Positions 10,791-19,778 of a DNA stretch of 64,000 nucleotides are shown one piece after another. The translations under genes and the position numbers were made by a program. Source of the DNA: an uncultured Spirochaetota bacterium (GTDB taxonomy: Bacteria > Spirochaetota > Spirochaetia > SZUA-6 > CAVTHK01); contig CAVTHK010000005.1 of NCBI GenBank assembly GCA_963734495.1, positions 128,001 to 192,000 on the forward strand, given 5' to 3'. How positions within the stretch are numbered: position 1 is the first letter of the stretch; each line of letters begins with the position of its first letter. The notes below the pieces were generated by a model, which was not told the origin of the DNA, did no database searches, and was given only the letters and a program-made list of their open reading frames with translations.

Positions 10791-11600
10791 CTACCCCGCC
10801 GGCTCCCTCAGGGCCTCGTTCATGCTCCCGCTGCGGAAGCCGGCCAGGTCCAGGGTGACAAAGGCGTAGCCGATCGACTTGAGCCCCGCCACCACCTCCG
10901 AACGGCGCTCGAGCAGCCGGGCGAAGTCTCCGGGCTCGACTTCGATGCGGGCTACGCGGTCGTGGGCGCGCACCCGAAGCTGCCTCAGGCCGAGGCCCCG
11001 CAGCAGCGCCTCGGCGCGCTCCACCTGCGAAAGCGCCGTCAGGGTGATCGTCGTACCGTAAGGGATGCGCGACGACAGGCAGGCCGCGGCCGGCTTGTCC
11101 CAGTTGGGAAGCCCGAGCTCGCGCGCCAGCGCGCGCACGTCGGCCTTGGTCAGCCCGGCCTCCAGCAGCGGGCTGTGCACACCGTGCTGCCGCGCGGCCT
11201 GCCGGCCGGGACGGTAGTCGCCGGCGTCATCGGCGTTCGTGCCGTCGACCACCGCGGAGTAGCCGTGCTCGCGGGCGTACGCCGCCAGCCTCCCGTAGGT
11301 CTCCTTGCGGCAGAAGAAGCAGCGGTTGGGCGTGTTCGCGAGGTACAGCGGGTCCGAGGTCTCTTCGCTTTCGATCAGAACGTGCCTCGCCCCGATGCGC
11401 CTCGCGACCTGCTCCGACTCGGCGCGGTCCGCGGACGCCAGGCTGGCGGACACGGCCGTGACGGCCACGGCCTTGTCGCCCAGCGCGTCGTGCGCGACCT
11501 TGAGCACGAGCGTGCTGTCGGTCCCTCCGGAGTAGGCGACCACGACGCTGCCGAGCCGGGCGAGGATCGCCTTGAGCCGGTCGTACTCGTCACCGCTCAT
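10791..11600 (-). CDS. larE: ATP-dependent sulfur transferase LarE
   Basis: PP-loop AYSGGTDS, RCFFCR, DGTNADD..DYRPG and ACLSSRIPYG motifs. Confidence 0.95.
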   Translation of the reverse strand: MSGDEYDRLKAILARLGSVVVAYSGGTDSTLVLKVAHDALGDKAVAVTAVSASLASADRAESEQVARRIGARHVLIESEETSDPLYLANTPNRCFFCRKETYGRLAAYAREHGYSAVVDGTNADDAGDYRPGRQAARQHGVHSPLLEAGLTKADVRALARELGLPNWDKPAAACLSSRIPYGTTITLTALSQVERAEALLRGLGLRQLRVRAHDRVARIEVEPGDFARLLERRSEVVAGLKSIGYAFVTLDLAGFRSGSMNEALREPAG

Positions 11601-12868
11601 TCCGGGGCTCCCCCTCGGCCCGCAGCGACTCCACGATCCGGTCGACGGGCACGCCGTGCTCGAGCGCGAGCTTCCGCACGTCTTCGTACTCCGGCTTGGA
11701 TCTGAGGACCCGGCCCTTGAACAGCGCCTGCTTGACTCGCACCTCGCCGTACGGCGAGCTTACCTTCACCTCGTTTCTTTCGAGCATCCGCTTCCAGACG
11801 GAGGCCTCCCGGATCCCCAGCGTCGTCGTGTGCACGAACAGGATCTCGCGCACCGCCGGCAGCTCCGCGCGCCCGCAGAGCACGCCGAGGGTCACCGCGG
11901 GACGCGACTTCTTCATCACGATGGGCGTGAGGAACACGTCCATCGCCCCCGCGCGGAAGAGGAGCTCCATGGCGTGGTCGTATCGCTCAGGGCTCATGTC
12001 GTCGAGGTTGCACTCGACGAGCACCGCCTCTTCGGTCGCGGTGCCGTCGGAGCCGATCGGCGTCTCCTCTTCGTCGGTCTCGGCGAGAAAGACGCGCAGC
12101 GCGTCGGGGACGGGCCCATCCTTCCCGCCGAGGCCGTAGCCGACCTTTTCTATCTTGAAATTGAAGGAAGATACGAACCTGTCCGCGAGCGTGGCCAGGA
12201 TCGCAGCGCCCGTCGGCGTCGTCGCCTCGAAGGGAACGCCGCCGGTCCTCGCCGGGATGCCCTTGAGGATCTCGGCTGTGGCGGGGGCAGGGACCGGGAA
12301 AGTCCCGTGCGCGCATTTGACGAACCCGCTGCCGAGCTCCACCGGCCCGGCCACTACGCGGTCCACCCCGAGCGCCTCGCGGCACACGGCGGCCCCGACG
12401 ATGTCGACGATCGAGTCGACCGCCCCTACCTCGTGAAAGTGAACCCGCTCCCGCGGCACACCGTGGATCTTCGCCTCGGCGTCGGCGATCCTGGCGAAGA
12501 TCCCCAGGCTGAGATCCTTGACCGCGGGCGACAGGCTGCTCTCCTCGATCAGCCCGCGGATGTCCGCGTAGCTCCTGCTCTCCGCGTGGTGGTGCTCGTG
12601 CTCGTGGTGCTCGTGCTCGTGGCCGTGCTCGTGGCTCGTGCTCGTGGCTGCTGTGCTCGTGGCCCGCGTCGCCAGCGAGCACGACGTCGACCTTGGTGCC
12701 CTCGACGCCGCGGCGTTTGTCCCTGCGTACGCGGATCTCGTACCCGTCCAGCCTCAGCCGGCCAAGCTCCCGCCTGAGGTGGTCCGGATCGACTCCCAGG
12801 TCGATCATCGCCGCCAGGTTCATGTCGCCGCTGATGCCGGAGAAGCAGTCGTAATAGAGGATCTTCAT
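11590..12868 (-). CDS. larC: Nickel insertase LarC; apparent frameshift in the His-rich linker near 12630
   Basis: N-terminal YYDCFSGISGDMNLAAM is in one frame. HFHEVGAVDSIVDI, PVPAPAT, TPTGAA, MKKSRP and KPEYED are in the 11590..12459 frame. Confidence 0.92.
12586..12662 (-). repeat. Imperfect CACGAG tandem repeat encoding the His/Glu-rich linker of LarC
   Basis: Plus strand shows (GTGCTC/GTGGTG)n; minus-strand translation is HEHSSHEHE..HEHGHEHEHHEHEHHH. Confidence 0.85.
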
Positions 12869-13006
12869 GCGCGATCCTTCCAGGCCGGCTCGCCGCGGTC
12901 GTCTCTCGCCATCAGATGACGGCGGCCGTGCGATACGGCCCCTGTTGTCGGGAGATTTCCTTCGAGGAAGAGAACGGGAGCCTTCGAGACTCCAGCGTTA
13001 CGGAAT

Positions 13007-13035
13007 AGTTAATACGCAGCCGCGGCCATCGTCAA
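13007..13035 (-). promoter_or_regulatory. Putative sigma70 promoter of larC-larE-larB
   Basis: Minus strand TTGACG-N17-TTAACT in a locally AT-rich patch. Confidence 0.5.
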
Positions 13036-13096
13036 TGAACGGGCATCGCTCTGGCCCCCGCCTCGGCTGGCGCCCGCGCGGCCGCAACGGCGCGGT

Positions 13097-13511
13097 CTAT
13101 CCGTGCAGCCGCCGCGCGACCATCTCGGCGGCCTGCGCGATGAGCGCGCCGACCGGCCTGGGCTCGAATCCCACGAGGACGAAGTGGTGCTGAGCGATGG
13201 GGATGAGGAGCTTTTCAGCCCGGCACGCCAGGACCGCCGCCGCGATGCCGGCGCTGATCTCCCCCATCATCGCGTCCGGGAGCACGACGCCTATGCGGAG
13301 CTACGACGATGTCGGCCTGCGCCACAGACACGCGGATGGCGTTCTCGCCGGTCGCGCCCCGGGTGGCGCCCGCCCGGACCATCCGGTCGGTGGCGACGGC
13401 GTTCGACCCCAGGGCGATGATCTCGGCCCGCTCTCCCACCGCGTCCTTGAGCTGCGTGACGATCTGCGTCCCGATGCCGCCGCCCAGGCCGTCGATCACT
13501 GCTACTTGCAT
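13097..13511 (-). CDS. DUF3842 family protein; apparent frameshift near 13295
   Basis: MQVAVIDGLGGGIG..ALGSNAVAT..GATGENAI, continuing in another frame as IGVVLPDAMMGEIS..KLLIP. Confidence 0.85.
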
Positions 13512-13553
13512 CACGGCTTGAATATCCGCGCCCGATGCCCCTGCCGGCAAGGC

Positions 13554-14474
13554 TCAGCGCGGCGCGGTGCCGGCCGCGCGGGTGCGCGCGAACAGGGCCC
13601 ACGCGGCGGCGACGAACGCCAGCGCCGACGCTGCCGCAACGATGAACGGGGAGTCCACGGCGGGGTCGGTGATCCACTCGGGGAGCCACGAGGCCCGCGC
13701 GTTCGCGAGCCCGATCGCGGTCAGGTTGTAGGCGAAGTGAGCCGTCATCGACGAGTAGAGAGAGCCGGTGCGCTGGTAGACGAAGCCGAGGTAACAGCCG
13801 ACAAGGGCGAGCCCCAAGAGCGCGAAGGGGCTCCGGTGGAAGAGGGCGAACACGGTGCCGGCTATCACGATGGAAGTCGCGGGCGCCAGCCTGCGCTGGA
13901 GCGTGGCCTGGAAATAGCCGCGGAAGAGCGCCTCCTCGCAGACGGCTGGAGTGACCGCGACCGCCAGCACGACCGCCGCGAGGCGGACCGGCGTGGGGGC
14001 CTCGAGCAGGAGCGCGGCCGCCCGATCGAGCCGCCGGAGCACCGGGAAGAAGTGGTAGACCCAGCCGCTCAGAAGGGCGGCCACGGGCACGGCGGCCACA
14101 GCGCCCACGGCGGCGAGACCCAGGTCGAGGGCGCGCGGAGCGCGGAATCCGAAATACGGAGCCACCTGCCGCGTGTGCCAGCGGCGGAAGAGGGCAAGAG
14201 GCAAGGCGAGGAAGAGGGAAAACTGCGCAACCGTGAGGGACGCGAGGGTCGGGAGCTGGAACCTGCGGTAGTACGCTTCGAGGGTGGCAACAAGGTCGCC
14301 GGTCACCCCCCACGTGTCACCCAGAAGAATCGCGCCGATGGTCACGGCGACCATGGCCACGGTCGTCGCGGCGTAGTACAGGCTGCCGCAGATGAGTATC
14401 AGGGAGACGGCGGCTGCCAGGGGGCTCTTTCCCGGTCGCTCCCAGGAGCCTTCCAGCGACCCGGCGGGGATCAT
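13554..14474 (-). CDS. CPBP-family (Abi/CAAX) intramembrane metalloprotease
   Basis: EEALFRGY, FALFH and HFAYN motifs; multiple TM helices. Confidence 0.9.
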   Translation of the reverse strand: MIPAGSLEGSWERPGKSPLAAAVSLILICGSLYYAATTVAMVAVTIGAILLGDTWGVTGDLVATLEAYYRRFQLPTLASLTVAQFSLFLALPLALFRRWHTRQVAPYFGFRAPRALDLGLAAVGAVAAVPVAALLSGWVYHFFPVLRRLDRAAALLLEAPTPVRLAAVVLAVAVTPAVCEEALFRGYFQATLQRRLAPATSIVIAGTVFALFHRSPFALLGLALVGCYLGFVYQRTGSLYSSMTAHFAYNLTAIGLANARASWLPEWITDPAVDSPFIVAAASALAFVAAAWALFARTRAAGTAPR

Positions 14475-15534
14475 GCCGGCGCCGAGTTGCCCGGGTCGCC
14501 GGACTGCGGCGACTGCGGCGACTGGCCGGCGACTCCGGCGACGCCGCGGGCACCGCGGCCGGCTCCGCAGCCGCCAGCGCGGGTGCCGCGGACTCATGGG
14601 CCGCCCTCAGGTCGAGGTACATCAGGGTCATGAACCCGGGGACCGCAAAGGCGGACAGCACGCTGCTCAGGTACGAAGCCAGGGCAATCTGGCCGCTCAA
14701 GCCCGCGAGGGACTCGAGGAGGTTCGCGTATTGGTCGCCGACATCCGCCAGGCCGGCGAGAAGGGACTGGAAGAAGTCCACGTAGGTCCGCAGCAGCGAG
14801 AAAAGCAGCACCGGCGCGGTGACGATCGAGGTGGCGAACCCCACGATGAGACCGATCAGCAGCGTGCGCCAGAGCACCCGCCACCAGTTGCCCCGCACGA
14901 CGCGGACGCTCTCGTCGAGGCTCGCGTCCACGCCCAGGCCGCCGATGACCTGCGCCTCCAGCGCCAGCCCGAAGCGCACGCTCAGCCACAGCATCGCGCC
15001 GAGGCCGGCGGCCATGAAGGCGACGAACAGCGCGATGGCGAGCGCGGGAACATCGAGAACGGTGAATACGATCATGCCCACCATGGCGGGGACCATCGCC
15101 GCGGCCATCACCGCCCCGCCGATGGCCGCCAGCAGGAGCCGCTGGCCGACGAGGCGCAGCAGGCTCCGCCGCGCCGCGTCGAGGAGGATGTCGCCGAGCG
15201 CGACCGCGCGCCCGTTCGCGGCGTGCCAGGTCTGAAGCGTCACGCAGGCGCGCACGAACAGCGACACGAGCCCCAGCAGGAGGGCCGCGCCCACGCTCCA
15301 GGCGTACACGCCAAGGAGCGTGCGCACGAACAGCCACGAATCGAGGCTCTCGCCGTGCGCCGTGAGCGACGTGATCTGGGCCAGCGACCCGAACATCCGC
15401 GCGTAGGCTTCTCCGAGCGCCCAGGCAGCGGGGGCGAACAGCACGCCGCCCGCGGCGAGGGCGGTCTTCCACGTGGACCCCATCGACTTGATGGTGGCGT
15501 CCAGCAGGTCCGATAGCGACTGTCTCGCCTGCAA
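14317..15534 (-). CDS. Multi-pass membrane protein (GPDPase_memb/DUF7544-like); true stop may be near 14471 if there is a frameshift near 14520
   Basis: RBS GGGAGG then TTG; SLSDLLDATIK, about 6 TM helices, SLDESVRVVRGNWWRVL and LMYLDLR, then an Ala/Pro-rich tail. Confidence 0.7.
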   Translation of the reverse strand: MQARQSLSDLLDATIKSMGSTWKTALAAGGVLFAPAAWALGEAYARMFGSLAQITSLTAHGESLDSWLFVRTLLGVYAWSVGAALLLGLVSLFVRACVTLQTWHAANGRAVALGDILLDAARRSLLRLVGQRLLLAAIGGAVMAAAMVPAMVGMIVFTVLDVPALAIALFVAFMAAGLGAMLWLSVRFGLALEAQVIGGLGVDASLDESVRVVRGNWWRVLWRTLLIGLIVGFATSIVTAPVLLFSLLRTYVDFFQSLLAGLADVGDQYANLLESLAGLSGQIALASYLSSVLSAFAVPGFMTLMYLDLRAAHESAAPALAAAEPAAVPAASPESPASRRSRRSPATRATRRRHDPRRVAGRLLGATGKEPPGSRRLPDTHLRQPVLRRDDRGHGRRDHRRDSSG

Positions 15535-15605
15535 GTCTTCCTCCCTTTCGTGAAGGATTGTAGCGCGGTCGCCGCTTCCGGACCGGACTTCGCCCGCGCG
15601 CCGCG

Positions 15606-16937
15606 CTAAGACGGCATGGCGGCCTCGCGGTCGAGCGCGGCCCAGGCCGCGGAGTAGAGCGCGCCGGGCCGCGCGCGCGCCGGCTCGGCCGCCGCCCGGT
15701 CCGCCCACCCCCGTTCGGCCGCGTCGGCCAGGGCGAAGCACTCCCGGGAGAGCTCGAGGCGTTCGTCCGCCGGCGCGGCCGCCCGCTGCAGAGCGTCGTC
15801 GACGAAACGCCGTTCCAGCGCTTCCCGCTCCGCGCGCGACAGGCTCGCGCGCGCCTCGTAGTCGCGGAGGACCGTCCGGTGGAAACGCTCGTGCCTCCAG
15901 AACAGGGTATCGTCGCTGTAGGTCCCCGACGGCGCCGGCCCCAGGTCGGGCAGGCCCGAGTCGACCCAGACGGGCTTGAAGACGCTCAGACAGGGCGCCG
16001 CGGTCCCCGTCGCGAAGCTCACGGGGCCGCGGGCATCCAGGCGGCAAACCAGGGAGCCGGCGGTCCCGCTCGCTCGGACGGGACCGGCTGCCGCATGCAT
16101 GCACACGGTGGAGCCGACCAGCCCGCGGTCGGGCCGCCAGGATGCGCCGGGCTCGACGCCGTGGTCGCGCAGCGCGGACATCACGTCGGCGGCGCCGACG
16201 CCGCCCGCCGCGCGCTCGAGGAGCCGGCGGGAGCGCGCCTCGCGCGAACGGCAGCTGCTGAGCCGCGTGTAGAGGCGGTCGGAGTAGGAGCGCGCGAAGC
16301 TGAAGTCCGAGCCCTTGCGGCACCAGGCTCTCTTGACCGCGTAGTCCACGAGCCCGGGCGAAGCCGCGTCCCACTGCCTGCCGATCGTGAGCCCGTTGGA
16401 GATGCTGTAAACACCCTTGACCCGCCTGGCGGCCCAGACCCGCCCGGCGGTCTCGAGGACCCAGGCCTCGCTCGGGTCCGCGATCAGGAAGCTGTTGTGG
16501 TAGTACTTGCGGCCGCGGGAGGCGCAGTTGCCGCCCTGGCCGTACCTCGCGAGCAGCGACGTGATCACCTCGACCGCCGCGGGAGCGGCGGCCGCGCGCT
16601 CGAGCGCCAGTCGCAGCAGGTCCATCCCGATGAGCCCGGGGCCCCGGTCGTAAGGCATCCGCGTGAACACGGCTTCGTTGCCGATCGCGACGCCGTGCTC
16701 GTTGACTCCCATCTCGGCGCCCCAGATCCAGAAGGGCCGGGACAGGAGGGTCGCGTGGGTATGCGCCACCTGGTCGATCTTGACGTAGGTGCACATCACC
16801 CGGCTGCCAGGGTCGTGGTCCGCGGCAGGAACGTATGCCAGGTACTGGGCCTCGTTGGGGGGGCGGTCGGAGTTCTTGCCGAACAGCATCACCCGGTCGG
16901 CGGATGCTTCGGGCGTGACCACGAGTGTGTCGCACAC
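15606..16937 (-). CDS. Peptidase C69 (secernin/dipeptidase) family, Ntn-hydrolase
   Basis: N-terminal MCDT, FGKNSDRPPNE, WGAEMGVNEHGVAIGNE, GMDLLRLALER and YHNSFLIAD motifs. Confidence 0.93.
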   Translation of the reverse strand: MCDTLVVTPEASADRVMLFGKNSDRPPNEAQYLAYVPAADHDPGSRVMCTYVKIDQVAHTHATLLSRPFWIWGAEMGVNEHGVAIGNEAVFTRMPYDRGPGLIGMDLLRLALERAAAAPAAVEVITSLLARYGQGGNCASRGRKYYHNSFLIADPSEAWVLETAGRVWAARRVKGVYSISNGLTIGRQWDAASPGLVDYAVKRAWCRKGSDFSFARSYSDRLYTRLSSCRSREARSRRLLERAAGGVGAADVMSALRDHGVEPGASWRPDRGLVGSTVCMHAAAGPVRASGTAGSLVCRLDARGPVSFATGTAAPCLSVFKPVWVDSGLPDLGPAPSGTYSDDTLFWRHERFHRTVLRDYEARASLSRAEREALERRFVDDALQRAAAPADERLELSRECFALADAAERGWADRAAAEPARARPGALYSAAWAALDREAAMPS

Positions 16938-17130
16938 GGCCTGGCCTCCTTTCCATCATCGTAGCGTCGGGGCGCGCGAGGCGCAAACCGATCTCCCGGC
17001 CGCAGCAAGCGCGGCCGCGGCGACGCGGCCGCGCCCGCAGAGAGGCGCTGTCCGGCAGGGTCTCTGAACCATTACTATTGGGGCGCACGGGCTGCGGACA
17101 GTGCGGCCCGGGTGCCAGGAGGGAAATGTC

Positions 17131-17559
17131 ATGCCGAAGCGAATCTCGAGCGCGGTCTGGAACGGTGACCTCAAGAGCGGCAAGGGCACGATGCGCGTCG
17201 GCCGCACCGGTTACGAAGGGCCGTACTCGTTCGTCTCCCGTTTCGAAGAAGGGCCCGGCACCAACCCCGAGGAGCTGATCGCCGCGGCTCACGCGGGCTG
17301 CTTCTCGATGGCCCTTTCGGCCGACCTCGGCGGCGCCGGCCACTCCCCGCGCAGCGTCAGCACGCGCGCGACGGTCACCGTCGAAAAGCATGGCGCCGGC
17401 TTCAAGATCACCCTGATCGAGCTCGAGGCCGAGGCCGATGTGCCCGGGATCGACCAGGCGGCGTTTCAGAAAATAGCCGAAGGCACCAAGACAGGCTGTC
17501 CCGTTTCGCAGGCCCTGTCGGCTGTGCCGATCAGGCTCAAAGCGACGCTCAAGAGATAG
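17131..17559 (+). CDS. osmC: OsmC-family peroxiredoxin
   Basis: AVWNGDLKSGKG, GTNPEELIAAAHAGCFSMALS and CPVSQAL motifs. Confidence 0.95.
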   Translation: MPKRISSAVWNGDLKSGKGTMRVGRTGYEGPYSFVSRFEEGPGTNPEELIAAAHAGCFSMALSADLGGAGHSPRSVSTRATVTVEKHGAGFKITLIELEAEADVPGIDQAAFQKIAEGTKTGCPVSQALSAVPIRLKATLKR

Positions 17560-17705
17560 ACCGGGCGCGCCCGGAGGCCGGCCTCCGGCCTGAATCTCGA
17601 GTCCGGGACCGCAGGACCGGGCCGCCGGGCGCCGCCACCCCCTGCTCACCGCCACCCCCGCCTGCCGCGCGCGAAGCAGCGCTCGGCGGGAGGGCCGTCT
17701 TTTGT

Positions 17706-17734
17706 TTGACAACCGGGATTCCGGCGGTTAGCCT
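17706..17734 (+). promoter_or_regulatory. Putative sigma70 promoter of the acyl-CoA ligase
   Basis: TTGACA-N17-TAGCCT. Confidence 0.6.
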
Positions 17735-17807
17735 CGAGCAGCCGACGGATGGGCACGCGACCTCATGGGAGCCTCGCGTCCGACGGACGGCGTCGAAAGG
17801 GGGATCC

Positions 17808-19722
17808 ATGGACAACTCGGTAGTCAAGGTGATGCAGTCGGTTGCCCGCGCGTACCCGGACAATGCGGCCCTGATGAGCCGGGACGGCCAGGGCAAGTGG
17901 GGCTCGATCACCTTCAGCGAGTTCGCGGCCCGTTTCGAGCGCGCCGGCGCCGGCCTCCTGGACTTCGGCGTCAAGCGGGGCGACCACGTCGGCATCATCT
18001 CGGACAACCGCAGGGACTGGATCATCGTCAACCTCGGCATCCTCGGCATCGGCGCGGCCGACGTGCCTCGCGGCTCGGACACGATGCCCGACGAGGCCCG
18101 CTACATCCTCAAGCACGCGGACTGCGCGATCACCTTCGCGGAGAACGCGGACCAGGTGCGCAAGATCCTCTCGCGGAAGGCCGACCTTCCCCTTCTCAAG
18201 TCCATCATCGTCTTCGACCCGGCCTTCCGGCCCGAGGCCTTCACGGAGCCGACGCTCGGCGTCAAGCTCTTCACGTTCGAGAGCATCATGGAGCGCGGAA
18301 AGGCGCTGCTCGCTCGCGACCCCGCGGCCTACCAGCGCGAGGTGGACAAGGGCCGGCCCGAGGACCTCGCCACGATCATCTACACCTCCGGCACCACGGG
18401 CGAGCCCAAGGGCGTCATGCTGACCCACGGCAACTTCCTCCACAACCTCCGCACGATCCCGAAGGCGATCCACGTCGGCCCGGGCGACGTCTTCCTCTCC
18501 GTTCTGCCGGTCTGGCACTCCTTCGAGCGCATCATCGAGAACTTCGAGCTGTCGCGGGGATGCACGCTGGCCTACTCCAAGCCCATCGGCAAGATCATGC
18601 TGGCCGACATGGCCGAGGTCAGGCCGACGATCATGGCCTCGGTGCCCCGGATCTGGGAAGGCGTCCGCTCCGCGATCTACCGCAACGTCAACGAAGAGGG
18701 CGGCATCAAGAAGGCCCTCTTCAATTTCTTCGTGTGGGTCGGCGGAGCGCACGCCACGGCGACGACCCTCGTGCGAGGCCTGTATCCGCAGTTCAGCCGC
18801 AGGTTCGCCGCGGTCGACTTTGCCCTCGGCATCCTCCCCTTCCTGCTGCTCTACCCGCTGCGGCTGCTGGGGAACCTGCTGGTCTTCAGCAAGATCAAGG
18901 CCCGCCTCGGCGGGAGGTTCCGGTTCACGGTCTCGGGCGGCGGCGCGCTGCCGGCTTACGTCGACCGTTTCTTCCAGGCGGTCGGCGTCCTGCTGCTCGA
19001 GGGCTACGGCCTGACCGAGACGACCCCCGTCGTGTCGGTGCGGCTCCAGGACCGTCCCGTTCCCGGGACCATCGGCCCCGCCCTCGACGAGCTGGAGGTC
19101 AAGCTCCTCGACCCGGAGACCGGCGCGCCCGTGCCTCCCGGCCGCAAGGGCGTCATCCACATCAAGGGACCCAACGTGATGAAGGGCTACTACAAGCGGC
19201 CCGACAAGACCGCCGAGGTGCTCACGCCCGACGGGTGGCTCAACACCGGCGACCTGGCGATGATGACGCACAAGGGCGAGATCAAGATCATCGGCCGCGT
19301 CAAGGAGACGATCGTGCTCCTCGGCGGCGAGAACGTGGAGCCCGTGCCCATCGAGGACACGATCCTGGAGAGCGATTACATCGACCAGGTCATGGTCGTC
19401 GGCCAGGACCAGAAGTTCCTCGCGGCCCTCGTCGTCGCCAACGACGAGGCGCTGGAGAAGTACGCCGCAGGCGAACGGGATCGCGTACCTGGGCATGGAC
19501 GACCTGCTGGACAACCCGCAGATCCAGGAGCTCATCTCCGACGAGATCAACTCGCGCGTCTGCGCAAAGCGGGGCTTCCGCGAGTTCGAGCGCGTGTTCC
19601 GCTTCAGGCTGCTGCGCAAGCGCTTCGAGCCGGGGGTCGAGCTCAGCGCCAAACAGTCCATCAAGCGCGACGTGATCGCCCGCATCTACGAGAAGGAGAT
19701 CGCAGCGCTCTTTGCCAGGTGA
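17808..19722 (+). CDS. fadD: Long-chain fatty acid--CoA ligase; apparent frameshift near 19468
   Basis: IIYTSGTTGEPKGVMLTH, EGYGLTET, GWLNTGD and GENVEP motifs. The C-terminus (..ELSAKQSIKRDVI) is in the 19495..19722 frame. Confidence 0.9.
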
Positions 19723-19778
19723 AGGCGGGGGCCGGGGGCGCCGGCTCCGGCGCCGCCGGCCCGGCGGCCGCGGCGGCG

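Noticed and set aside
12586-12662. Short repeats as a CRISPR or mobile-element signature
   Set aside because: They are 6-nt coding repeats for His/Glu, with no spacers and no cas genes.
12869-13000. NiCo riboswitch call for the larC leader
   Set aside because: I could not identify the conserved junction nucleotides, so it is kept only as an unassigned structured leader.
14317-17712. 1131-aa ORF
   Set aside because: Only the part from TTG 15534 looks like a real protein. The upstream portion overlaps the C69 peptidase (other frame) and osmC (antisense).
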